NCBI GenBank assembly: GCA_007376395.1
Contig: VMGE01000003.1
Location: 26,057 to 90,056 of the forward strand
Source: Microgenomates group bacterium Gr01-1014_5
Lineage (GTDB): Bacteria > Patescibacteriota > Microgenomatia > UBA8517 > UBA10165
Reading direction: 5' to 3'
Length of the DNA stretch: 64,000 nucleotides
Shown: positions 39,650 through 48,127 of the stretch, piece after piece
How the letters are laid out: the number at the start of each line of letters is the position of its first letter
Position numbering within the stretch: the first letter of the stretch is position 1
The notes under the pieces: generated by a model
Seen by the model: the letters and a program-made list of their open reading frames with translations, nothing else
The model's database searches: none
Told to the model about the DNA's origin: nothing
Position numbers and translations under genes: made by a program

Positions 39650-41386
39650 ATGGAAGAAAAACAAATCTATCTTCGCTATTTGGGGTATGTTCGCAAGAGT
39701 TCAGAAGATAACAAGGAGCGACAAGCCGCTTCCCTCCCCGAGCAGTTATATGTACTCGAAGGAATTAAAGCAAAACACAACTTAACTCTCGTTGATACTC
39801 TCCAAGAATCAAAATCGGCACACAAGCCTGGGCGGGAAATCTTTAACAATATGCTTGCCCGAATAGAGAGCAGTGAAGCAAACGCAATTTTAACCTGGCA
39901 CCCCAACAGGCTTTGCCGTAACGCACTTGATGCTGGACAACTTCTTTATCTCATGGACGAAGATAAATTAGTCGAAATTCGCACACCTTCGCGGACATAT
40001 CGAAATACCCCAGAAGACAAATTTATGTTGACCCTTGAATTTGGTATGTCCAAAAAAGACTCGGACGATAAAAGCATTGTTGTTGAAAGAGGTTTGGAAA
40101 AGAAAGCAAGGGACGGCTGGAGGCCAGGTGTTGCTCCACAAGGATACTTGAATGATAAAACAACAGAGAGTGGCTTTAGAAAGATACTGACTGACCCTGA
40201 AAGGTTGTCCTTTATTAAGAAAATCTTTGAGCTTTTTTCCAATGGAACTTCTGTAGTTGAAATCCACAGAATTGCCAAAGACGAATGGAAATTTCTCTCA
40301 AGACAAAAGAAACGAAGCGGTGGTATACCGCTTTCTTTGAGCATGATTTATAAGATGTTGACTAACCCTTTTTATTGCGGAAAGTTTGAGTATCCAGAAG
40401 GAAGCGGCAAATGGTACGAAGGCGCACACGAACCAGCAGTAGACCAAAAGATATTTGACGAAATACAGGTCAAATTAGGCCGCAGAAGCCAATACAAGCT
40501 CCAACATCACAACTTTGCCTATACAGGTAGTATGGTTCGCTGTGGTTCGTGTAATTCAAGCATAGTAGCCGAGCAAAAATGGCAGTGTATTTGTACCAAG
40601 TGCAAGCTAAAATTCTCGCTTACCAAGAAAAATAAAGAAAGGTGTACTGGTTGTGGGACTCTTATCAAGAATATGTCCGACCCAACTATTCTCCACTATG
40701 TCTATTATCGTTGCGGACGGAAAAAGAATCCGAATTGTAGGGAGCGTGCAGAAAGAGTTGATAGGCTTGAGAAGCAAATTGATGAAAAACTCTCTCAAAT
40801 TGAAATCTCACCCTTGTTTATGGACTGGGCAATACGCCAAATCCACAAGATGAATGATAGTAATAAAGATTTTACAGAAGAAGCCATAGAGAGCATTAAA
40901 CGAGCCCATGACGGATGCAGGGCAAAGCTTACTAACTTACTGCAACTTAAAATTTCACCTGCAAATAGCGATGGTGGCCTTATCAGCGACGAGAAATACA
41001 AGGAAGAAAAGGATAAATTAGAAATAGAGTTAAAAGGAGTAGAAAAACAACTTGTTAATACTGACGACAGAATGTTGCAGGCAAATGAAGAGACTGTAAA
41101 AGCGTTTACTTTTGTTGCCAGAGCAAAAGAAAGGTTTGCAACTGATGATTTGAAAATAAAACGAGATATTTTTTTGGGACTTGGGTCGCACCTAACTTTG
41201 CAAAATAAAACAGTCGGAATTATAGCACCAAAATACATTTATACGATCGAAAAAATGAAAGAAGCTGAGCCGATTATCGCAGAACGGGTCGCACCTGGAA
41301 ATCAGCCTGAATATACGCACCAAATGGAGACATATTTTGCCTCCAATCCTACTCTGTTGCGGGGCCGGGAGTCGCGCCCGGCCTAG
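39650..41386 (+). CDS. Large serine recombinase (integrase)
   Basis: YVRKSSE catalytic Ser, RLCRN, recombinase domain (NPFYCG, HEP), zinc ribbon, coiled coil. Confidence 0.93.
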   Translation: MEEKQIYLRYLGYVRKSSEDNKERQAASLPEQLYVLEGIKAKHNLTLVDTLQESKSAHKPGREIFNNMLARIESSEANAILTWHPNRLCRNALDAGQLLYLMDEDKLVEIRTPSRTYRNTPEDKFMLTLEFGMSKKDSDDKSIVVERGLEKKARDGWRPGVAPQGYLNDKTTESGFRKILTDPERLSFIKKIFELFSNGTSVVEIHRIAKDEWKFLSRQKKRSGGIPLSLSMIYKMLTNPFYCGKFEYPEGSGKWYEGAHEPAVDQKIFDEIQVKLGRRSQYKLQHHNFAYTGSMVRCGSCNSSIVAEQKWQCICTKCKLKFSLTKKNKERCTGCGTLIKNMSDPTILHYVYYRCGRKKNPNCRERAERVDRLEKQIDEKLSQIEISPLFMDWAIRQIHKMNDSNKDFTEEAIESIKRAHDGCRAKLTNLLQLKISPANSDGGLISDEKYKEEKDKLEIELKGVEKQLVNTDDRMLQANEETVKAFTFVARAKERFATDDLKIKRDIFLGLGSHLTLQNKTVGIIAPKYIYTIEKMKEAEPIIAERVAPGNQPEYTHQMETYFASNPTLLRGRESRPA

Positions 41387-41626
41387 GAGATTATGCATCT
41401 GTAATCTCTAATTACTCAGAGTGTCGGACTATATCTTCACCCCGATTAAATCGGGGGCTCGGCGTGTAGTCTCTACGGTGTCCCTCCGAAACTTTAGTGA
41501 AGGAGGGTTCCCTCGGTATTACCCTCTATAAGAGTAGGGTTTCACCGATATAGCCAAGTTATCAAGAAACATTACTGTTAAATGTGCCCAATTTGAGCCT
41601 CCTGTGCAACTCTACACTACCCCGCA
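41357..41626 (-). tRNA. Initiator-like tRNA-Met(CAU) split by a group I intron (exons 41596-41626 and 41357-41395)
   Basis: Spliced sequence TGCGGGG TA GTGT AGAGTT GCAC A GGAGG CT^CAT AA TCTCC TAGG CCGGG CGCGACT CCCGG CCCCGCA A. Confidence 0.85.
41396..41595 (-). ncRNA. Group I self-splicing intron (200 nt, no ORF)
   Basis: Exon ends in U and intron ends in G; P1 GCUCAA/UUGGGC with a U.G splice pair; R element AGAGACTAC and S element AAGATATAGTCC. Confidence 0.9.
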
Positions 41627-41733
41627 TGTCTCTTACCAACTGAATTATAACAGATGCAGGCTCGAATTAAAAGCCTCTTGACTACCAATAGAATAGCTGT
41701 TATGGTGATAGTTAAACCACATAACTTTATACA

Positions 41734-42423
41734 TTGATCAGGAAACCCCTAGAAAAACAAAAAGCTCAAGAGCTACGAAAGCAAGGCAAGAGTATCGGAG
41801 AAATAGCACAAGAACTTGGAATTTCAACCTCAACAGTTAGCTTGTGGGTAAGAAATATTACTTTAACAACTGAGCAGAAAAAACGGCTTGAAAATAAGGT
41901 GTTTACTACCCTACAGAAAGGTAGGATTATCGCCCAGGAGGTTCAAAAACAATTAAGAGACAATCTCAAAAGAGAAATCTCTGCCGAAGCCGTACTACAA
42001 CTCGGAAAACTCTCAAAAAGAGACCTTTTTATTGCCGGAATTATCCTATATTGGACAGAGGGTTTTAAAAAAGATAATCGGTTAGGATTTGCAAATTCCG
42101 ACCCACAAATGGTCAAGTTATTCTTAAAATGGCTTTATACCTTGGGAGTACCAAAAAATAGTATCCGTTTAAGAGTTGGGATAAATATTAGCCACAAAAA
42201 GAGAGTTAAGGTTATAGAAAAATATTGGTCTAAACAAACCAACATCCCCCTTTCTCAATTTCAGAAGCCCTTTTTTCAAAAATTTATATGGAAAAAAGAA
42301 TTTCCTGATCCAAACTTATACCATGGAGTTATAAGAGTGCGTGCCATAAACCAAGGCAGATTGTTCATAAAAATACTTAAATGGATAGCATTGGTAAGAA
42401 CTTCAAATAATACTTTGCTATAA
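41734..42423 (+). CDS. HTH + LAGLIDADG-like domain protein (tRNA-adjacent, copy 2)
   Basis: AQELRKQGKS..EIA..L.ISTSTVS.W; LFIAGIILYWTEGFK, ANSDP, YWS..TNIP, YHGV. Confidence 0.75.
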   Translation: MIRKPLEKQKAQELRKQGKSIGEIAQELGISTSTVSLWVRNITLTTEQKKRLENKVFTTLQKGRIIAQEVQKQLRDNLKREISAEAVLQLGKLSKRDLFIAGIILYWTEGFKKDNRLGFANSDPQMVKLFLKWLYTLGVPKNSIRLRVGINISHKKRVKVIEKYWSKQTNIPLSQFQKPFFQKFIWKKEFPDPNLYHGVIRVRAINQGRLFIKILKWIALVRTSNNTLL

Positions 42424-42429
42424 TAAAGT

Positions 42430-42780
42430 GTGGCTCTGGTTCTAATAGCTCTCTTCTGGTTTTGGCCAATACTTCTTTCCTTTGCCACAATTTTTATTTA
42501 CGGATTACTGACCCAAAAAATCGGGAACGAAAGGTTTGTATATTTGGTAATTATTAGCTTGGTTTTGGCACCAATTGCGCTATCTGCACAAGCCTTCTAT
42601 GTTTGCGGGTTGGATATTGACTATTACCATAATTGTAGCTTGAGCGAACGCTTAAACGAGGTTAGTAAATTTCTTCCTTCGATTATTAGAGGTTCAACTT
42701 TTTTATTAAGCGGTGTTTACTTTTCAATTTTTTACCTCGCAATACTTGCTAAACACTTAAAAAACAAGTACTTGCATTAA
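42430..42780 (+). CDS. Hypothetical membrane protein
   Basis: Hydrophobic 116-aa ORF. Confidence 0.55.
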   Translation: MALVLIALFWFWPILLSFATIFIYGLLTQKIGNERFVYLVIISLVLAPIALSAQAFYVCGLDIDYYHNCSLSERLNEVSKFLPSIIRGSTFLLSGVYFSIFYLAILAKHLKNKYLH

Positions 42781-43130
42781 AAAAATAGTCTCATCCAGCG
42801 TTGGTATATTGGCTCTTCTTCAGCAAAATGCTCCTGGTCAAACTCCGGAGCAAGACGCCGCAAAACCTCATCTGCCGGCAAAACCACAACCACTTCCCCG
42901 GGTTTGGCTAAGCCTAGCTTCTCCCGAGCCTCTTTTTCCATAAATTCTTGGGATTCTACTTGTTCTTTAACTTCCAAAAGACGAGCCTGTTCTGCCTCTA
43001 ACTCGCGGACTCTAACTTCAGCCTCTTTAGTCGCGTCACCCCGCCCCAAGAGCTGAAATGTCGAACGCCCCATAGAAACTATCAAAAAGAGCGATAATGC
43101 CAAAACTATCCAATGTGTATATTTCTTCAT
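42777..43130 (-). CDS. Septum formation initiator (FtsB/DivIC family)
   Basis: TM helix, coiled coil, EKEAREKLGLAKPGE. Confidence 0.85.
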   Translation of the reverse strand: MKKYTHWIVLALSLFLIVSMGRSTFQLLGRGDATKEAEVRVRELEAEQARLLEVKEQVESQEFMEKEAREKLGLAKPGEVVVVLPADEVLRRLAPEFDQEHFAEEEPIYQRWMRLFF

Positions 43131-43162
43131 CTATCTTCAAATACCCCTTGCAGTCATGTCTA

Positions 43163-43190
43163 TTTTTTGATAATATAGGTTATCCTAAAG
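43163..43190 (+). promoter_or_regulatory. dif-like Xer binding site upstream of the tyrosine recombinase
   Basis: TTTTTTGATAA-TATAGG-TTATCCTAAAG (11-6-11 layout; right arm matches TTATGTTAAAT at 8/11). Confidence 0.45.
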
Positions 43191-43227
43191 GATAACCAAT
43201 TCCTAAAAGGAATTTAGGCTACTAATT

Positions 43228-44094
43228 ATGGCTACAACTAAAACATTAACCGATTTAAAACTGGACTTTGTTCGTAATCTTGAAAATACAGGACGTGCCT
43301 CAGCTACCATTCTAGCTTACAGAAAAGACCTTGAGCAACTTATTGAGTATTTAGAAAAACAAGGGAAAAACACCATTGAGCCTATCAGACCTCTCGACAT
43401 CGAGGCTTTTCGTGATTCCTTAAGGAGCCAAAATTATACTGACAAATCAGTCTCCCGCAAGCTAAACGCGGTCAAAACTTTCTTTGGCTGGCTGGTAACC
43501 CAGAAAATTTTAGAAAATGACCCAGCAGCGCCCGTTGCCCACCCCCGCTACGAGAATCCACCCCCAAGAATTCTTACCCGCATGGAGTACAGGGCTTTGC
43601 GTGACGCCGCCCGCGGAGATTTGCGCATTAGCGCTATTATCGAGTCAATGCTGCAAACCGGAATCCGTATTGGCGAGGTTTCCAATCTAAGACTAGAGGA
43701 CGTCCAAGGAGATAAAATTTTAATCAAGGCGTATGAATCTCAACCAGAACGCGAGATTCCCTTAAACGAGCCGGCAAAACAAGCTTTACATCAATACTTA
43801 GCAATCCGCCCCAAGGCACAAACTACTCACGTCTTTGTGACTAAAACAGGCCGTCCGCTACTCGTCCGCAACATAAGGAGTGCTATTGACCGCTATTTTA
43901 AAGAAGCCGGCATAGAAGACGCCAAAGTAAACGACATGCGCAACACCTTTATCGCCCACCAACTAAAGTCGGGTGTCGATATTGTCACGGTCTCCAAAAT
44001 TGCCGGGCACAGAAGACTCTCAACCACAGAGCACTATCTTCAGTTTGTTGAAAGAAAAGAGTCCCGCCGCGGAGCAAAACTAGACGAGCTCTAA
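43228..44094 (+). CDS. XerC/D-like tyrosine recombinase
   Basis: TILAYRKDL, QTGIRIGE, NDMRNTF, GHRRLSTTEHY. Confidence 0.88.
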   Translation: MATTKTLTDLKLDFVRNLENTGRASATILAYRKDLEQLIEYLEKQGKNTIEPIRPLDIEAFRDSLRSQNYTDKSVSRKLNAVKTFFGWLVTQKILENDPAAPVAHPRYENPPPRILTRMEYRALRDAARGDLRISAIIESMLQTGIRIGEVSNLRLEDVQGDKILIKAYESQPEREIPLNEPAKQALHQYLAIRPKAQTTHVFVTKTGRPLLVRNIRSAIDRYFKEAGIEDAKVNDMRNTFIAHQLKSGVDIVTVSKIAGHRRLSTTEHYLQFVERKESRRGAKLDEL

Positions 44095-45881
44095 ATAATT
44101 CCGCATAGATATAGCGCTCTTCTTTGGTTTTGGCTATATTGATCCATATTACCCCAAATAAATGATTTTTCAATTGACCGAACTTCTTCTTTAGAATAAG
44201 TCTGCCCTCCCATAGAATAACCATTAGAATACATGTACCGAATCCCATGATCTTCCGCCCTATTAGTGGGGTGATCGGTATGATTTCCCGAGCGAGTTCC
44301 CAACTCAATTGCTAATTTAACAGTTTGCCATGTAGCCTCCCAACTATCTCTATCCCAAGCCCACATCCCTCCCGTGTGGATTCGAAAACCTAACCTCTTT
44401 AATGTATCCACAACTGCAACATCTCGAACTTTTGAAGCAAGAACCTCCCTGATAGATTGCAAACCGTTATTAAACTCAGTCGCACTAACAACCCCTGCAG
44501 GAAAAAGACTGTAAGCCTCTGACGCTAAATCCTGAATTGTATGGTTCTTAAAGTACTCTTGAAGGTCTATTCCCTCCCAAAGATTCCATATGCTTTCCCA
44601 GAGAGCATTATTTTTTGTGTCGTATACCTCAAGACCTTTTTGATATCTTATTCGATCAAACAATCCATCTCCTATTTCCCTCTTCATGTATTGCACAAAA
44701 CTAGACTTGTCGTCTTTAACTCTTTCAAATAGCTGATTAATCGTCACCGGTGAAAGAGACTGGTCATACTTAATTCTGGTTATTCTCTCTTCTTGTAATT
44801 CCTCTCCTTGTAAACTTTGAGTTTTTCCACCTTCAACAAATACGCTTCCTTCTGGCATTTCAAAACTTCCACCAACGGGCAGTTCCCAAAAGGAATCAAC
44901 TGTATTAAGCTGGGTTGGTTTACCGTTGGCTTCCAAAGCTGACTTAAAAGGGATAATAACAGCATATCCAGCTCCTTCCCAGGAACCATACATATGAGAC
45001 ACAACCGGGTGGTTCATTGAAAAATGTAGTGTTGTGCGAGGAGATAAACCTCTTGTTGAATCAAAGGTAGAGCGAATTTCATATCGCCCAGTTTCAGGAT
45101 TCATTACTGGTTTAAACCTTGTCAAGTGCACACAAACCAACTCCTCTACTTTTAAGGCTTCCTGGGTGACTGGAAAATTTTTGGAGTGCTCGAGAAGTTT
45201 TTCATTTGCTTGGGCGTCTCTTTCTTGGTCATGTTTTTCTAGCTGAGCCAACTTTTCAGAAGATAAAGTTTTCGCAGCTTCATCACCTATTAACAAAAGC
45301 ACTGCTAAAACCTCGCCTTCTCTTTTGTTTTCCTTATTAGCCGCAACTCCGTTTGTATCAACAATATTTCCAGCTACTACCCTATCAATTAAATCTCTAA
45401 CTTGCGGGGTAAACTTCCAATTAACCACTGTTAATTTTCTTGCTTCTCTAATTTGAGAATCATTCCCGCCCAAATGGAAATATAAATCCAGTAAACCCTG
45501 AGGGCTTGATTCAACAAGAAAAGTCGCTTTTCCGTCGTTTAAAGCTTTTTGGTATTCAGGACCGCTCGATCCGCTTGTTTGTTCGCTTTTAATTATTCTG
45601 GCAGCTTGGGGTACTTTTTCTTGTCCTTCACGGGTTTTTAAGCTTCCTACGGGTACAACCAATCTATCTTTTACCAAATCCCCGCCACTGGTCGGTTCAC
45701 CGCGGCTAAAAAATATAGCTTCGACTTTTTGCCCCTGTTTCGTTGTAAATTCGTAAGCATAAATCGCTCTTCCCTCCTCGTCAACCCCTTCTCTTCTTTG
45801 GAAAGGATATTCTTTCGGAGGTTCTGACGGCTTAATTAATTCACTTTGTGAAGCAGTTAATGTTTCAGCTACTTCTGGCAT
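44091..45881 (-). CDS. Hypothetical protein (596 aa)
   Basis: Long ORF; central VHLT...RTTLHFSMNHPVVSHMYGSW segment. Confidence 0.75.
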   Translation of the reverse strand: MPEVAETLTASQSELIKPSEPPKEYPFQRREGVDEEGRAIYAYEFTTKQGQKVEAIFFSRGEPTSGGDLVKDRLVVPVGSLKTREGQEKVPQAARIIKSEQTSGSSGPEYQKALNDGKATFLVESSPQGLLDLYFHLGGNDSQIREARKLTVVNWKFTPQVRDLIDRVVAGNIVDTNGVAANKENKREGEVLAVLLLIGDEAAKTLSSEKLAQLEKHDQERDAQANEKLLEHSKNFPVTQEALKVEELVCVHLTRFKPVMNPETGRYEIRSTFDSTRGLSPRTTLHFSMNHPVVSHMYGSWEGAGYAVIIPFKSALEANGKPTQLNTVDSFWELPVGGSFEMPEGSVFVEGGKTQSLQGEELQEERITRIKYDQSLSPVTINQLFERVKDDKSSFVQYMKREIGDGLFDRIRYQKGLEVYDTKNNALWESIWNLWEGIDLQEYFKNHTIQDLASEAYSLFPAGVVSATEFNNGLQSIREVLASKVRDVAVVDTLKRLGFRIHTGGMWAWDRDSWEATWQTVKLAIELGTRSGNHTDHPTNRAEDHGIRYMYSNGYSMGGQTYSKEEVRSIEKSFIWGNMDQYSQNQRRALYLCGII

Positions 45882-45933
45882 AAGACAGTAGACTAGTTTA
45901 CCATCAATTAAAAGCGGCGCAAAGCTCGACGAA

Positions 45934-47844
45934 TTATTCCGTTCTCTTTTGGCTTACTGCTCCGGGGATTTTTTCCCAATCGCGATTCTTCCTTACTTTT
46001 AAGTTCTTGTTCCAAATAGACTCAAATACAGATAAATCCACTTGTAAAGCTCGAGCTAAGCCCAAAAAACCAACAAGGTCTTTAGGAAAACAGTTATGGA
46101 CAACTGCATCTGCTAAGACGTATGTGTGATTTTTACTAACCTCAAAGTTATAAACTTTTCCTTCATAATCAACCTCAGTAATTTCTTTAATAGGTATAAA
46201 AAAGAAGTCTTTCTCGAAAAAAGAAGTCTTACGTAGAAGTTTAAGGTCTTTTTCTAGTTTGTCGTCGATAATCTGACTAAATTTCTGAATATCGGAATAA
46301 TTCCTAATCCTAATAAAGTAGGCTGTCTTATGATTTACTCCATCCCTACCTGTTCTCTCTTGTGCGATCCTGGTAGAAAAACCAATTTCCAAGCTTAGTA
46401 AAATCAATTTTAATTGATAAAATAAATCCTGAGAAATAGTCGCCATACTATAAACTCCGGTTGATTTGCTACCGTCACCTCTAAAATAACCTTTCATAAA
46501 CTCAGTTAAACCCTTTCTGTTTGATGATAAAATTTTTACACTTAGACGTTTTTTCGCACTCATTTTACCGCAATTTTCCTCAAGTAAGTTAGCTAGTTTC
46601 TGTGAACTACACCGTAGATTAAGTGCATTTCCTACCCCTCTTCTGTGTGTAACTAAGCTGAAATTCAGCTTCAATATTTTCTCAATATCCTCTACATAAG
46701 TAGATTCGTTTTTGTGGAACCCAAATGTTATTCTGTTTTTCACACCTATGTGTCCCTCTGCTACATAATATCCAAAGAGCCGCATAACACTATTATTAAA
46801 ATTTTTCGTACCATTTTTAACTTTAGGTAAAACTATAAAATCTCCTTTTTGTAATTCTCGAGCTGGTACCCACTCTAAATTAAGATTGCCGTTATAATTA
46901 GTAAGCTTTTGTCTTTTAATTCCATTATATTTTCTTCCGGTTTTTACAGCATATACAGGATGTTCACTTGTAAGGGTAAATCCCTGCAACCCCTGTCCTC
47001 TTATAAAAATAAGTTTCTCATTTACCTCTCTTTCGTGCCTTTCTAAAACTTTTTGACAACTTCCATCTATTGTTAGAACAGAATCGCCAAATTCTACTTC
47101 TCGAACGAATTTTATTCCTCCGTTTACATAGACTTTTGTTTCAGGATGTAAACATTTCCCGCCAAATCCCATATCCCCGTCCGGGCCGGGAACTTTCAAA
47201 TGCCCTCCAATTCTCGGGTCTGCCTGTACCATTTCGCGGACATCGTCATAATTTACTTTTAATTTATCTGCTAAACCATGTATTTCATTTGCCAAAATAA
47301 TTTTGGCGGACAATAGCGCGTTGGAAGCAAATTTTGCAAGTTCAACAGTCGTTGGATCACTTAAGAAATATTTCGCGTCCTGGGGGTAAATTGCCTCGTA
47401 TAAAGCCTTGATTCTTTCAGCGATACTTTTATCAAGAGCTCCTATCAAGGTTCTGTCTGGGTGTAAAAAGTCATTTTCTGGCTGTTTTTCAGTTAAAAAT
47501 TCGGGGTTGAAGGCAAAATTTACATTAGAATATTTTTCGCTGAAACTTTTAGTTGTTCCGGGGATAACTGTTGATTTGATAATTAATACTTTTTCCGTAT
47601 TAACCAAAAGTGGAGCAAAATTACTGACTGCCTCCTCTACTACAGAAATATCTGTTCCGGAATAATCAGAAAACATAGGTGTGGGGACACAGACAAATAG
47701 AAAATCTGAAGCCTCGACCAATTCTTCGACACTTAGCCCGCCTTCTTTATATGGGTCGTGCCACGCAACCTCGTGTGAGCTTTGAAAACCCTTACCTGTT
47801 GCTTGTCCTACAACTCCCCAACCAATAATACCAACCTTTGCCAT
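45934..47844 (-). CDS. ugd: UDP-glucose/GDP-mannose dehydrogenase-family protein containing an intein
   Basis: GWGVVG, VPTP, KST, NPEFL, GFGGK|intein|CFPKD. Confidence 0.9.
   Translation of the reverse strand: MAKVGIIGWGVVGQATGKGFQSSHEVAWHDPYKEGGLSVEELVEASDFLFVCVPTPMFSDYSGTDISVVEEAVSNFAPLLVNTEKVLIIKSTVIPGTTKSFSEKYSNVNFAFNPEFLTEKQPENDFLHPDRTLIGALDKSIAERIKALYEAIYPQDAKYFLSDPTTVELAKFASNALLSAKIILANEIHGLADKLKVNYDDVREMVQADPRIGGHLKVPGPDGDMGFGGKCLHPETKVYVNGGIKFVREVEFGDSVLTIDGSCQKVLERHEREVNEKLIFIRGQGLQGFTLTSEHPVYAVKTGRKYNGIKRQKLTNYNGNLNLEWVPARELQKGDFIVLPKVKNGTKNFNNSVMRLFGYYVAEGHIGVKNRITFGFHKNESTYVEDIEKILKLNFSLVTHRRGVGNALNLRCSSQKLANLLEENCGKMSAKKRLSVKILSSNRKGLTEFMKGYFRGDGSKSTGVYSMATISQDLFYQLKLILLSLEIGFSTRIAQERTGRDGVNHKTAYFIRIRNYSDIQKFSQIIDDKLEKDLKLLRKTSFFEKDFFFIPIKEITEVDYEGKVYNFEVSKNHTYVLADAVVHNCFPKDLVGFLGLARALQVDLSVFESIWNKNLKVRKNRDWEKIPGAVSQKRTE
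46093..47154 (-). mobile_element. Intein (354 aa) with LAGLIDADG endonuclease in ugd
   Basis: CLHPET start, TSEHP block B, GYYVAEG and GYFRGDG motifs, VHN/C end. Confidence 0.92.
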
Positions 47845-48101
47845 TATTTTTGTGTCCTTAATGAGGTTATCTCCTCGTCTAATGTATGTATATATCCTTC
47901 CAAAACCTTAATCTGTGAGTATTTTATTTCAGAAGATGCGTTTTCGTGCCTGACGCCATGAAAATACTTGTAACGCTCTGTGAGTTCTGCCTCAGCTTCC
48001 ACTCTTTTCTTTTCAAGCTCCTTAATTCTTTTACCCGGCGCCATTTTACGCAAAGCTATAATTTCCTTAATTGTTGTTCTCTTGGGACGATAATTAGGCA
48101 T
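47844..48101 (-). CDS. Hypothetical coiled-coil protein
   Basis: 85-aa ORF coupled to ugd. Confidence 0.7.
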   Translation of the reverse strand: MPNYRPKRTTIKEIIALRKMAPGKRIKELEKKRVEAEAELTERYKYFHGVRHENASSEIKYSQIKVLEGYIHTLDEEITSLRTQK

Positions 48102-48127
48102 AGTTTACCCTGAGTGAAACCGAAAGG

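Larger units (their letters stand above)
33424..41361 (+). mobile_element. About 7.9-kb integrative element (large serine recombinase, Xis, Xre, ATPase; no capsid genes) in the tRNA-iMet 3' end
   Basis: Shared core TCWGTTGCG at 33421 and 41353; AT-rich cargo; recombinase ORF runs into the tRNA. Confidence 0.8.

Noticed and set aside
33424-41361. Prophage
   Set aside because: No recognisable terminase large subunit, portal, capsid, tail or lysis genes
43163-43190. Definite chromosome terminus
   Set aside because: Gene orientation stays mostly minus on both sides; kept only as a dif-like site
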